DNA of 64,000 nucleotides from Amoebidium appalachense (taxonomy: Eukaryota > Protista > Ichthyosporea): the NCBI GenBank assembly GCA_963693365.1, contig CAVNZM010000007.1, forward strand, positions 3,779,962-3,843,961, read 5' to 3'. The notes beneath the pieces were generated by a model that was not told the DNA's origin, did not search any database, and was given only the letters and a program-made list of their open reading frames with translations. The translations under genes and the position numbers were made by a program. This document shows, piece after piece, positions 1-37,773 of this stretch (position 1 is its first letter; each line of letters begins with the position of its first letter).

Positions 1-2190
1 AACACCCACCCATCATTCCCCTCCCTCGCCACCAGTCATGGACAGGGAGCACACTCTCTCTCGGTCCCACCTGTTTTGTGCACACCACAAATATAGACAC
101 CAGCACATATCCAGCAGAGCTGCTTCAAGAGTTATTACGGAATACGGAGTTGAAATTTACCGAAACTCTTCCTCCTGCCCATGACAGTCCTTACATAACA
201 CTCAAGGTGGATTCCGAATTTTTTGCTCACTTCCCTGAAGGAATAGGCATACCGCCTCTGGATTTCCAAAAGAAAGACTCATACCTAGTAACGGTCACGG
301 AGAAAGGGGTGGTGCTACGCGCACACACAGTCACTGGTTTAGTCTACGCTGTGCAGACCCTAGCGTGCATGTTGCAAGCCGCCCCAACCACCAGCACAGA
401 GATTGGAGCTTCTGTCAACGTCACCAATGTTGTAGAGGTACCGATGGGGTGGGTGGTGGATTTTCCAGAGTACGAACACAGGGGGTTTATGTTGGACGAG
501 GGCCGGCATTTCCAGGGAGCTGATGTGGTCAAGAGCCTTTTGGACATCATGTGCATGCACAAAATGAACGTGTTTCACTGGCATCTCACTGAGGATCAAG
601 GGTGGAGAATAGAGGTAAAAAGGTACCCAAGGCTTACCAGTATAGGTTCGTATCGGCAAGGCACGGCTACGTCTCGTTTCACACGCGGAGACAATGGAAT
701 TCCACATGGGGGGTACTACACACAGGACGCTATTCGGGAGATCGTGCAATATGCAAAACGTAGGTGCATTACCATCATACCCGAGTTTGACGTCCCTGGG
801 CATTGCGTGGCGGCACTGGCTGCATACCCTCACCTCTCGTGTAAACCTGCAAATGGTACGTCCATGGGAAATGGCGGTGCAAACAGTGTGCGGCATTTCG
901 ACGTCGCTTGCCAGTTTGGTATATTTTCGGACACGCTTTGTCCGTCAAATCCCGAAGTTTTCAAGTTTGTGTGTGATGTTTTCGAGGAGCTTCTGGAACT
1001 TTTTCCTTCGGAACTCGTGCACATGGGCGGGGATGAGGGCGCCTTGCGGGAAATGGAAGGAATGTGAGTGTTGTCGTGAGAAGGTGGCGGGAGGTGGGTC
1101 CAAATCCTTTCGTGACTTGCAGCACAAGTTTACGAACGACGTTGTGGGTTTTTTGCAATCGAAGGGGAGGCGTGTTGTAGGGTGGAGTGAGGTTGCAAAC
1201 GAGAATCTGCATCCTGACGCTATCATCCAATACTGGTTAAAGAACCACAGCACCATAGCTGGTCAAATGGCCTCACAGGTATTCCCCCCGCTCCCCCCTC
1301 CCCCCCTTCCCCCCCCCCCACCACCCACTCTCCCCCCTCCCCCCCCCCCCCCCAGTTCCCTCCCCCCACCCCCCCCCCCCCCCCCCCCGCTCCGTCTGTC
1401 CCCCCCCCCCCGTCCTCCTCCCCCTCCCCCCCCCTCCCCCCCCCCCCCCCCCAAACACGGGTCTGAATAGCCCCCCCACCCTTCTTTTCCACATTCACTC
1501 TCTATTCACGGACCCTCCCCCCCCCCCCCCCCCTCCCCCCGCCCCGTCCCCACCTTTCCTTTCGTGCCCCCCTCCCCTGACTTTTCTTTTTTGTTTTCAA
1601 ACCACCCGTCCTCCCTTTCCCTGCTGTATACTACCTTCCCTATTGTTGTCCTCCTGTTCTCTGGTGTGTGGTAGAGGTGAGCTCCTTGCCCTTCTTCAAC
1701 GTAGACTACTCTAACTTTCCCAATCGGCCCCGTATTAAATCTTCATATTCACCTTTCAAATCTTCGTCCAGATATGTTTAATCCAACAGTAGAGCAACAC
1801 CTCCCCCCCCCCCCCCCCTCCCCCCCTCCTCCCCCTTTCCTCCTCCCTACTCACCCTCTCCCCTCCCCTCCCTTCTGCTTCCTCTTACTCCTCACCTCCG
1901 TCTCCTCCTCCCCCCCCCCCCCCCCCCTTCCCTCTTCCCTGCCAGAATACCTTTTGAAGGCTTACTACCCCATTCCTTGTTGCCTTTTATGGGGGGAAAG
2001 GGGGGGGGGGGGGGGGGGGGGAGGGGGGGGGGGGGTTTGGGGAGGGTTTGAGAAAAGTTCAATGGGGTAGACAGCCGTACCGGTCCTGATTTTTTTGTAG
2101 ACAGCCGTACCGGTCCTGATTTTTTTGCCCAGGGCCAAAGGCGGGATGGAGGTGTGTAGGATGGGAGATTGGGGCCTTTTTTTTTTTTTT

Positions 2191-2277
<87 letters not shown>

Positions 2278-2842
2278 AAGTTGGCAAAAAAAAAAAAAAA
2301 ATGCACAAAAAAAAGTTGCTTCACTTCGAGTGTAAATCAAATGGGGGCAGCTAGAGTTTACTCTCGTTCTTTTCTTTTCTTAACTTTCCCCCCCTCCCCA
2401 GGGTCGGAAGGTGATAGCATCATCTTTTCGCCATGTCTACCTCGACCACTCCCACCAATTCAGCTCCCTCTCCGACACCTACGCATACGACCCCATTCTG
2501 TCATTTTCCCCTCCCGTAACGCCAGAAATTGCGCGAAATTGCGTACTGGGGATCGAAGCCCCCCTTTGGACGGAATGGGTGAACAGCCGTGAAAGGCTGG
2601 CATATCAGACATTTCCCCGTCTGACGGCTGTGGCGGAAACAGCATGGACCCCACAAAATTTGAAAAATTACCCGGATTTTCATGAAAGATTGGCTCGGGG
2701 GGGTTTTGCGCGGCGGCTACGTCGGAAGGGGATGATGGCGGGGGATGATTACGAACCCCACTGGGCCCGAAAGATTTTCAGCCTTTTCACTTTGATCCGT
2801 TCTGAAACGTCTGTTTACCGCGAGCGAATGTTTGAGTCATAA
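1..2842 (+). CDS. Beta-N-acetylhexosaminidase, glycoside hydrolase family 20 (GH20b + catalytic domain), 5' end outside window; exons <1..1278 and 2402..2842
   Basis: Frame is open from base 3 (HPPIIPLPRHQSW, typical GH20b start). Motifs: RGFMLDEGRHF, NVFHWHLTEDQGWRIE, HGGYYTQDAIREIVQYA, IIPEFDVPGH, catalytic HMGGDE, then VYLDH, GIEAPLWTEW, FPRLTAVAE. One extra G at ~1037-1039 shifts the frame (DE-APCGKWKEC). Phase-0 GT-AG intron 1279..2401 joins QMASQ|GRKVIAS. Confidence 0.92.
2067..2127. repeat. Perfect 2 x 30-bp tandem duplication in the GH20 intron
   Basis: gtagacagccgtaccggtcctgattttttt occurs twice head-to-tail. Confidence 0.85.
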
Positions 2843-3138
2843 TCCCCCCTCCCCCCCCTCCCCCCCCCCCCCCTCCCCCCCCAGGCGGGCACTACCTTTC
2901 TTCCCCCTGGTGACAATCAAGTACCCACACACAAGAAGAGTTCTGCACACAATGAGCGGTTCAGTGGCACACATTCATGCACACGCACACACACACACAC
3001 ACATGTACACAAACTCGCACGCACGCGTGCGTGTGCACATGCGCGTGCACGCACACAGGCACAAACACACATACGCACACGTAAGCGCACACACTCACGC
3101 ACAGTGTTCACAAATAAAACAGAGTACAAGTGCCAATC

Positions 3139-3296
<158 letters not shown>

Positions 3297-3795
3297 CGGT
3301 AGAAGCACAGAATGATAATTGAAAGTACTCGGGGGGTTGTGAATGACATCAGTGATCCGAGGGATATTTTTGGTTTTGTAGTATGAATTTGCTGAAGCCG
3401 AGTTGTTATTTATTCCTACTTATTTTTAAGTAGTTGTATAAAACTATTGTGTTAGTGACGAAATATTAGAACCCCCCCCCCCCCCCCCCCCCTTTTTTTC
3501 TTTCTTTTTTCCCCCATTTTTTTGTCTGTGTTTCTTGACATGTACAAATGTCACGCTCAATACAGTGAACGGGCAAATGTAGCTTCCTGGCACAGTGGCA
3601 TACGTAGAACTTTTCTTGTACCACGCAGGCACGTGCCTAGCGCACGTCCTGATGTTTATTTTTATTTATTTTTTTTCTAAAAAATTAACACCTTATCTTG
3701 CAAGAGCAAAGTTTTGTCGATTGGTGATGTGTGTGCGCGTGGCGTGCTGGTCAAGTTGTCGGCCTAGGCCTGGCAATGGGTGATCCGGGGGGAGG

Positions 3796-3831
<36 letters not shown>

Positions 3832-3897
3832 TCCATGGGGGGACACAAACATGTTGGTGATTCGAAATGGTCCGTGCCAAGTACTTTGTACGGATAC

Positions 3898-3951
<54 letters not shown>

Positions 3952-4015
3952 TCTTTCATTCTTCCTTCCTTCCTTCCTCTCTTCTTTCTTTCTTTCTTTC
4001 TTTCTTTTTTTTTGT

Positions 4016-4051
<36 letters not shown>

Positions 4052-5467
4052 CTCTTTGCATTGTGGTAAGCTGATTGGTAACAATTGCAGTTTGCGTTTT
4101 GAGCGATGCTATTGCGGAATCCGAGAGGATTTGGAAAGGCCCCTTGGTTCCCTTTGGCCCGAAGAGAGAATTCTATCGACCCACATGTGGTGGGGTTAGC
4201 AACTGCAACCCGTTAAAAGGAATAACCCTCTCAAAAGGGGTGGTTTGAAACAGAAAATCATGTTTTATTTTCTCGGATTTATTCTCCTGGGTCCCAGTAG
4301 GATATTGGTGAAGGAAAAAACAATGAATTGGGATAAACACAACCGTTAAGGGTAAAAACATGTACACGATATTAGGATTACATTAGTTGCCCCAGTGTGT
4401 CGAACAGGCCCCCGATTCACAAAAGAAAACCATTTGGTGCCCCCCCCACAAATTCGTCCCAATGTATATATCTAATCACCCAACGAAAACAAATGAATAG
4501 ATATACCAAAATTCCCCGTACTTACAGGAAGTGCTAACTGGGTGGTCCAACAACACTACAGCGCAGAGATGCAGCAAAAAACATGCATCTCATTAAATCT
4601 CAATATATCTAAATGCACCAGCAACCAAACAAATGGATATGTCCTAGTATTTCCGCATAATCGAAGGAAAACATACGAGAGGCCGTTCGTAGAAACCACG
4701 TATGGCTACATTTCAGTTACTATATCCCGGTAAATTTGGGGGGGGAAATGCCTATTCACACAATAAACTCTCATAGCATATCCTTCCCTTCCCAATATCC
4801 ATTCATTTGGGGGGGGGGGGGGGGGAAGCCAAAACACCACTTTGTGTGTTCATACTCTGCCGTATTAAATAGTACATACGCACAACTATGCTAATAGAAG
4901 ACCAATATATATTAATACAGTTAAACCTTCAGTCATAGTTCGAACGTCCTTCAAAAACGGTAAGGCTCCACATTGCCATATATGGCAATAAATAAAAAAA
5001 GGAAAAGGGGAAAAGAGGTACAATTTGGCGATTGGTCAGTTACCACCCATACATATGTCACTAGCTGCATTTGATTGGCTGCGCTGGAAAACACAGTAGG
5101 CCGTCGAATGAGGCTGGGCCCCAGACAGTGCCCACGGCAATAAATAGTATGTAAACCCCAGGAAAGCATGCCCGGGGAAGGAAAAAAACCAAGGAAAGGT
5201 AAACATGGTTGGTAATACCAGATCAGAATTGGTGACGAAAAAAACAAAAAAAAAGGAGCCTCTAGGGGCTTGCGAGCGGCAGGTGTGGGGTTGAGGGTTG
5301 GAGTTGGTTGGTAGGTTACTGTGGAAGATATCAAACGAAATATTAAAACCGGAAAAAAACAAACGAAGAAGGAAAGAAAGAAAGAAATCAGAGACAGGAT
5401 GTAAAACGAACCATCAAAAATCGAATAGTTTAAAGAAAGAATTCAGAGTTGAACATGCTGGTTCTCT

Positions 5468-29777
<24,310 letters not shown>

Positions 29778-30309
29778 GTCTTTCTCTGGTGAAAACCGGG
29801 ATCAGCTGGCTTGTCTCCGGTAAATGGTTCACATGTTTTGGATGATCAGGGGTACCAAATTTTACGTCATATCTACAACATCGCTTGTTTGGAAAAGAAA
29901 GGATGGTGCAGTACCAACAGGTATGGTGGTGTGTGTGTGTGTGTGTATGCGTGTATGCGTGCGTGTGTGTGTGCGTGTGTGTGTGTGTGGTGGGCGGGAA
30001 TGCGGTGACGCGAGCCGAACGATCAAGGGAGAACTGTGAAGGAGGTAAGACCCTGGCTCAGGATCCCCTCAAGCTGCAGCGTAAATTCAAAATTCTCTGC
30101 CCTACCGTAGGTGCATAGGGAGAGAACCGGAACGCTAAAGGCTTAACAACTGAACTACTAGGAGAAAGGAAAAAAGTAAATGCAGGAACATTCGTGTGAT
30201 GGTGACAAAACTTTTCTGGTACTGTAGTGACTAAGAGTATGAAACAAGAACGAAACGCGGCTCAGCGTCGCTCATGACTGCAACAGAAAGCAACGGGCCA
30301 GCCCCGTCA

Positions 30310-30360
30310 TAAGGACGTGAGCCAATCAAATCGGCGAGGTTTTATCTCCTTCCAATCATA
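30310..30360. promoter_or_regulatory. Possible RTK promoter with two CCAAT boxes
   Basis: agccaatca and tccaatca lie ~30 bp apart in unique sequence ~550 bp upstream of the RTK ATG. Motif evidence only. Confidence 0.2.
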
Positions 30361-32515
30361 ACGCCCCGATATAGCCTTTTCTGGATGCGCTATGTACCCT
30401 CCGGGCTCCCGGTCCGGAAACGGGTGCACTCACTCGCTTGTCCAGTGTCACGGACCGCGCAATGTACATGTTTTCGATTGTTTACCCATGTCTACGTAGA
30501 TGCATACTGACAAGTCAAGCGTAACAGAAAAAATTTATAAAGAAAGACGTCTTTGGCTTTGGTGATAGGTTGTTGCTGCTCACAACCGGTTCCACCATCA
30601 CATCATCACCCAAGGGTTTGGTGCTTCACCCATGGATTTGGTGATTGCCGTTGCCAATCCATGCGCTGCAATTGCGATGTTGGTGCACGTGTGAAATGCA
30701 GACGCACAACCCGTGGCTGTGCTTTCTTGTAGCCCACGGAGATCTTGAAGCAGTTTCAACGACCCAATGCCCAGAGTGTCACCACTACATTGCCAAATTT
30801 CAAACACTCCTGCCACTACGTGTACATTTCCAGACTTCACCTACTCCGTAGGATCCCCAGGTTCGAATTCCTCTGCACAACGAACATAGGATTGGTAAGC
30901 TTGTGGCACGTACGTATTACGATGTTACATGCACTTGCAAGTGTGCTTCGAGTGTGCACGTGTACCTGCAGAGAATAGGTTAGATGAGCTGAGGACTTGA
31001 ATGTAGATGTTTCAAAAAAATTGCGCAGAAGAATTGAGAACTTATTAGTGCCAATTATTCCGGGGATGGGAGGTAAGCAGTGGCTCAGGCCTGGGTACCC
31101 CAGGGGGAAACAAGGTGGAGGGAGAATACGTTGACTGGTTTTAAGTGGAGTTTGAAAGAGGCTTTAGACCGGTGGGGGGGGGGGGGGGGGGGGGGGGGGA
31201 AAGGGGGGGAAGGGGGGGGGGGGAGGGGGGGGGGGTGGTTGTTAAGTTGTAGAATTGCAGGGTCACCTGAGCTTGAGGTTACTGAGAGTCTATCGTGGTG
31301 GTCTTTCAAGCCACCAAAAGCCACATGATACCCTCTACTAACAACCTCTCAACCCCCCCAGGTCAAGGACCTGCTCACCTTTCTGTTGTGAAGTGGGCCA
31401 AACACCATGCCCACTGTCTGCATGACCTCTCTTTTACGCTTCGCTTTCAGGACACTGCTCTCGCAGCTGCTAATTTTGGTCGCTAGGTATTGCCTTTAAT
31501 ATGGTCTCACAATAATAATGTATCAAAGAGTGAGAGAGAAAGATGGATATATAGAGAGAAAGGAATCTAGAGAGAGGGGGGAGGGATATGAATGTTGAGG
31601 GAGGGCGGGAGGCCTAGGGAGAGAAAGGTGGATGGATGGAGGGAGCGGGGAGGGCCCGGTAGGAAGAGAAAGAGAGGGAGGAAGAGGGAGAGAAAGAGGG
31701 GGGGGGGGGAAGGGGGGGGGGGGGGGGGAGGAGAGAGAGGGGGGGGGGGGGGGGGGGATCGGGGAGGGAAGAAGGAAGGAAGACGGGAGGGAGGGGGAAA
31801 AGAGAGGGGGGTGACAGGAGGCTGGGGTAGGGGAGGGGGGTGGGGGGAACTTCGAGGGGGAGAGAGGGGAGGGGGGAAGGGGGAGGTAGGGAAGGGGGAA
31901 GAGCGGAGAAAGAAAGAGAGGATTGTTTCCCCTCTGAGCTCGTTTATAATATTGAACTTCATTGCCAATGATATCTTTGCGGCTTTCACCGCAGTTCAGT
32001 TTGGCAATGCTCACTCCGGCTGCTTTTGCAGTACAAAGTCAAGTCATTTATGTACAGGAATGTCGGGACAAGACTTCAATAAAAATAATACAGGAAAAAA
32101 AAAGGCAAGATCTTAAAACCTCGTCAAATACCGTAGTGTAACAGAAATTCAGAAACCATTCGGGACTAGCCAACAGCTGTGTTCTCATTTTAAAAAAAAA
32201 GGTCCCACATCGTGGCACCCTGTTTAACTGTTGATAGTGTCAATAGGTATATTCTTAAAACTTCAAAATTTGAGCCTCCCCCCCCCCCCCTCCCCCCTTG
32301 CCGGCGCTGACCCTCCGTCCACCTCTCCCTGTGTCACGTTTATGCATTCCCGCCCTCCCTCGAGCTCCACCCCCCCCCCCCCCCTCTCTCCGGCTTCCTC
32401 CCCCTCTCCTCCCCCCCCCCCCCCCCCGCCCCTCAAACACACACACATACACACACACTCACACACATCCCTCCCCTCCTTCCCCCCTCCCCTCCCCCCC
32501 CCCTTCCTCCCCTCT

Positions 32516-32548
<33 letters not shown>

Positions 32549-32981
32549 CGCCCGCGCGGCCTTCGCCCGTGCGTGCCATATTGATTTGCATCCACACGTG
32601 TGAGCACACACTGAACTCTCGCACAACAAAGTGGTAGACTCAACAGTGGCGCCGTCACAAAGGTGAATTCCAATAGGTTGCGGTGCTTTTCCCTTTGGAA
32701 CAACGCATGATATCTAGCTGTCGTGCACTCGCACCTGACTGACCGAAATTCTGAAACCCAAACTATACAAGAAGTTGATATCTCCAGCTCGGATTATACC
32801 GTCACTGCTGGCCTCTTGTTGATCAGTGTGTTCTACTGTCAGTACCATGATGTATATGCGCGCGCGTGTGTATGTGTTTGTGTGTTTTGTCTTTTTTTTC
32901 CCCTTTTTTTTTTTTTTTTCCTTTCTTTTTTTTATTCTTTTTCTTCTTCTTCTTCTTCTTCTTCTTCTTTTTTTTTTTTTT

Positions 32982-33012
<31 letters not shown>

Positions 33013-33433
33013 GGAGGGGGAGGAAGGGGGGGGGGGGGGGAGGGGGGGGGGGGGGGGGAAGGGGGGCTAGTACAGGTGCGCATGAATTGTTGCCCATCTG
33101 GGGAGCACTCGCCACCCAGAATGCCGCACATAGTCATAGTTGTATTTGCACTTTATTTTTTTACCGTTTAACATTCCAGTTTATGAATTTGATAGTTCTG
33201 ATGCCGCCACTACACATACATCCTCCATACTGTGCACTGCGCACACACCTTCTACCCACCTCACTACACCCTGCAGACAGAACAACTTCTCCATCGTCTA
33301 CTTTCTTCTCAACCAACACGGGGGATGAATTTATTGCCGCTGCCCTTCAAAGCAAGCTTTACCTTAAAAACAATTTGCACTTGCATGAGCAAGCACACCT
33401 GTTTACATGTATCCCAACCCGTACCCAGCATAT

Positions 33434-33464
<31 letters not shown>

Positions 33465-33947
33465 AGCACCCAGCCTGGGCCGTGTGATCTAAGACTTGCC
33501 ATCCACGCTAGTTGCCACTCAGCCTCAGTGTGTATTAACTAAGTTCTACCGGTACCCTTGTGTAGCTGAAGTTTAGCATAGCATTCTCAGATTTCCTCAA
33601 AATCGTATCTGGGCCCCGGGGTTGCAGGCCTCCGGCATCATGACAATGTGTCTGGATGCAATGCTTGCTTAAAACGGCTTCATTTCATGATATGTGATTA
33701 CCTCGGGGGTCAGAGGGTAGCGAACAACAAATTACTTAGAGTATTCATATGAGAACCGATGCCGTCGCATTCGGCACAAATCACGAATGAGTGCAATGGA
33801 AGTACGTGTCACTGATTCCTCCGGGCCCCCCCACGCCCCCCGGCCCTCCTCCCCCCCCCCCCCCCTTCCCCCCCTCTCCCCCCCCCCCCCCCCCCCCCTC
33901 CCCCCCACACCCCCACTTCCTCCCTCCCCCTCCCCCCCCTCCCCCCC

Positions 33948-34096
33948 GGCCCCCCTACCGCCCCTTTCAAAACCCCCCTTCGAAATATGCTTCCAAGAGC
34001 TAGCCGGCGCCTGCCCCCCTCCCCACCCTCCCCCCCCCGGCCGGCCCCCCCCCCCCCCTCCCCCCCACACCCCCACTTCTTCCCTCCCCCTCCCAC

Positions 34097-34149
<53 letters not shown>

Positions 34150-34217
34150 CGGCCCCCCTACCGCCCCTTTCAAAACCCCCCTTCGAAATATGCTTCCAAG
34201 AGCTAGCCGGCGCCTGC
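33948..34217. repeat. Direct repeat of a ~67-bp unique block (33948-34014 and 34151-34217) between poly-C runs
   Basis: ggccccccta...cttcgaaatatgcttccaagagctagccggcgcctgc occurs twice, period ~203 bp. Confidence 0.8.
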
Positions 34218-34229
34218 CCCCCTCCACCC

Positions 34230-34272
<43 letters not shown>

Positions 34273-34550
34273 ACCACCACCACCCCCCACCCACCCCATT
34301 CCCCCCCCCCCCCCCCCCCCACACACACACACTGCACACACAGAGAGAAAGAGACACGTGCACACGCGCCCCCACAATCACCATCATGTTACCACACCAT
34401 TACAGTCATCTCACACCTTTTTCACCACCATGGCATCACACACATGCATCATAAGTCACACATGTACAGCCGCCACCGAGGCTCAGGCCCATCTGAGTCA
34501 GCTAAGCTCGGCCAGATTTTTCTTTAAAAAAAAAAACACGCACTTTCCCC

Positions 34551-34660
34551 TTTTTTCTCCTTGGGCCCCCTAAACCCCGTTTTGTTCGCCGATGCAGATA
34601 CAGCAAGTCTGCATCGGCGAACAAAACGGGTTAGTGAGGGTGCCCAAGAGAAAAAAAAAG
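34551..34660. repeat. Long inverted repeat / hairpin (perfect 23-bp stem 34576-34598 / 34608-34630, 9-nt loop, imperfect extension)
   Basis: cccgttttgttcgccgatgcaga-tacagcaag-tctgcatcggcgaacaaaacggg. The flanks ttttttctccttgggc and gcccaagagaaaaaa also pair. Confidence 0.85.
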
Positions 34661-35357
34661 GTGGGTTGGGTTGGGTTGGGGGGGGGGGGGCAAGAAGCTA
34701 ATTATAACTGAGGCAACGCCAAGTGCAACACTTCCGTGTAAAAGTTGTCGGGCCCTTCTTTACTACCTATATAACATACAGATGTAATTTGGTCCAAACT
34801 GTGCCCCCGCCAAATCGATCATAGACCCCCTGGATCAAGGACAAGCGCACAGCTCGCACCTGCGGCTGAAATTTCGGTTCGCAATATAGAGTGTACTGAT
34901 AGTCTTACATCAGATGCCCTTACTTGTGCCATGTCATAGGGGGTACAACGCACACTACAGCTAAATATACCATAGGATTACAAAGTGCTAAATAATATGA
35001 TCAGTGCTCTAACCCCTCCCCCCTCCCCTCGCCATCCCCCCCCCCCCCCCCCCCAAAAGGTGAACTTTCATATTCAGTGCTCTACACCCCCCCCCCCCCC
35101 CCCCTCTCTCTCCAAGTCCTTCTGGAACACCTACGGTAGCCAACCTGTTGCACGCAATCACTAGGGCCCACGATGAACCATATTCGAACATTCCTTCAGA
35201 AGTTATACACCCACCAACCCCACCATAACCCACACACCGATAACATATGCCATGCCGCTTACAAAACAGCATCCCCACACAATTATAATATTATCGCCTT
35301 TCTATCCTTACACATCCATATACATCCTCATACCGTTAAACCAACCCCACCAACATC

Positions 35358-36509
35358 TCACTTAATTTGTGCCCTCTCAGGCTCCTTAGGCAGCAACCCA
35401 ATTGTCGTTTTCTCCCCATCACCCCCATCAGGCCCATCCGGGCCCACCGTAATGCTCACGTTCCGATCATCGGTGGCAACGCTCCCCTTCCTTTCCCCCT
35501 TAACGAAACTCTCCCCCTCCTCGCTCCCGAGGATCTCCGACGTCGCCTCCACAAGGTTATTATCGTCGTCCCAACGGTCAGGCACCGCACGGCCGTCTTT
35601 AAGGCACGGCTTGCAGTAGGCCAAGGGGTCGATGAGTTCTTTAACACTGTCCCCTGTTAAAGGGTCGTCGTTTTCGTCCATGGCTTTCGCAATAAGCAGC
35701 GGCGTATACTTGCCTGGGCGGGTGTACCAACTCCACATGAAATAGTAGCCCAGCAAGGAAACGAACGGGGCCGGAATGCAGAACACGGCCAGGGGGGACG
35801 CCTTCAGGCCCATAAGTCCAATCAAGGTGATCTGGTACACGATCAGCGCCGTGATGATGCGACTGAACAGCCTCGGGAAGAACTGGCCGCCGCTCTGGTA
35901 GCTTGGTATGTCCACGTACATGACCTGGTACTTGTATGCGAGGTAGCCAAAACCAGAGTAGAGAATACAGAAGGGGAGAGCAAACGGCGCAATGGTAGAG
36001 TAAGTCAACCCGATGCAGAACACAAGGAGAAGCTCAGGGTAGAGCGTGCCGTAGCTGGTCGGTCCGGGCGCCCACGCCTCCGTGATCTCCTTGGGGGTTT
36101 TTGCGAGGAATTTCAGCTTGATCCAGCTGACGATGAGGGGTCCTATGCGCAAGAGCCCCATTGAAAATCCGGTGGAAAGAAGCATGACGTAGTTAATGAA
36201 GAAGGTGGACTTGAGGGGGAGGGCCTTTCCAAGGAGGGAGGCGATGCTTGTGGGATCGTCGACAATCTGTTCAATCTGGGTGAAGATGGAGCCCGATAAG
36301 AGGGAGCCCAAAAAGATGTTGAAGAGCTGGAAGTAGAACAGCTTGGCCATCTGGGACATCTCGATCCAGCTGTTGGCCTCCTGGCCCTCGAACGTCGCAA
36401 AGACTGTACGTGTGTGTACGTGTGTACGTGTGTACGTGTGTGTGTGTGTATGTGTGTTGTATACGTGTGTGTATATGTGGCAGGGAAAGGGTGGTGGTGG
36501 TGGTGGTGG

Positions 36510-36540
<31 letters not shown>

Positions 36541-37740
36541 TGGTGAAGGGGGGAGAAGAGGGGGGACAAGGATGTGTTACAAGTATGGCACCATGTGGAT
36601 GTTGTAAAAAAATATAAATCATAAATAGAGCCGGGGGGCCGGGGGGGGGGGGGGGGGGGGGGGGGGGAGGGGGCAAGGAGGGTGCATGATGTACCGAATC
36701 ATATCAAGTGCCCCCCTCCCCCCTCCCCCCCCCCACACACACATACATACACACACACCCCAATGGTGAAGGAGGCCCTGAAGGAGTGGACGAAGGGGTT
36801 TGGAGGGACAAGGGAGCTGACAATTATCTCGTGCATCAATTTTTCATACCAAATCAGAACATTGCATGCATGCGTTTCCAAATTATAGGTGCATGTGTGT
36901 GTTTCTACATAACAGGAGCAATAATTGGGTGCTGCTCTAACACAGGCTGGGGCGTTGGGTGAGGGCTGTGAAGCCGAAGCTGGTGTTTGTGCAAGTGGTG
37001 TTGGTGTGTGTATGTGTACGTGTGTGTGCGCGTATGCAAGTGCATATGTGTCTGTGTGTGCACGTGTGGATATGTGAGTGAGTGCTACGTGCCTGCCCGT
37101 GTCCGTGCATGCGTGTTTGGGCTCAGTGGGTGGATGGGGTGGGGAGGTGGCTCACGCACGCATGTGCAAGTCTGTGTGTGTGTGCGTGTGTGTGTGCATG
37201 TCTGGACCGAGTGGGAGGATGGAGTCGGGCGTGTATGTGTGCGTGGGAAAGGAGTGAGTGAGTGAGTGAGTGAGTGTGCGTGTGTGTATGAGTGTGTGTG
37301 TGTGTTTTTGGAGGGGGGGGTAAAACATACAGGCGCAGATCATGGGGAGGATGGCAAAGAAGATGCGCAGGGCGAGGGTGGGCAGGAAACCCTCCAGGAA
37401 ACCCCTGACGGCCGGGCTGGAGTTTGCAATCTTCTCAAAGGCCGGGATGGAATCAGAAAGCGCCTGCATGGACGTGAGGCCCTGCACGGCGGCAACAGGG
37501 ATCATGTAGAAGAACACAAGGAAGAAAGTCGCAACCCTGCAAAGCGTCGGGGAAAAAAAATGTTTTTATGATGTAGGATTCACCGTGGGCACGGTTATGA
37601 CTACATGCATTGAGGGAGCCCACGTTCCAAACTTTTGGTTTCAGTATTTTCAGGGCTTATCCTCTGCAATCGTAACTTGCAAGCAACCCCTCGTCACTCT
37701 CCTAGCCATCCATCCTCCCTCCCTTCCTCAAACCCCTCCT

Positions 37741-37773
<33 letters not shown>

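Noticed and set aside
33160-33200. IKFINWNVKR resembling an APE endonuclease N-terminus
   Set aside because: It is followed immediately by a stop, with no downstream QE or GDFN motifs.
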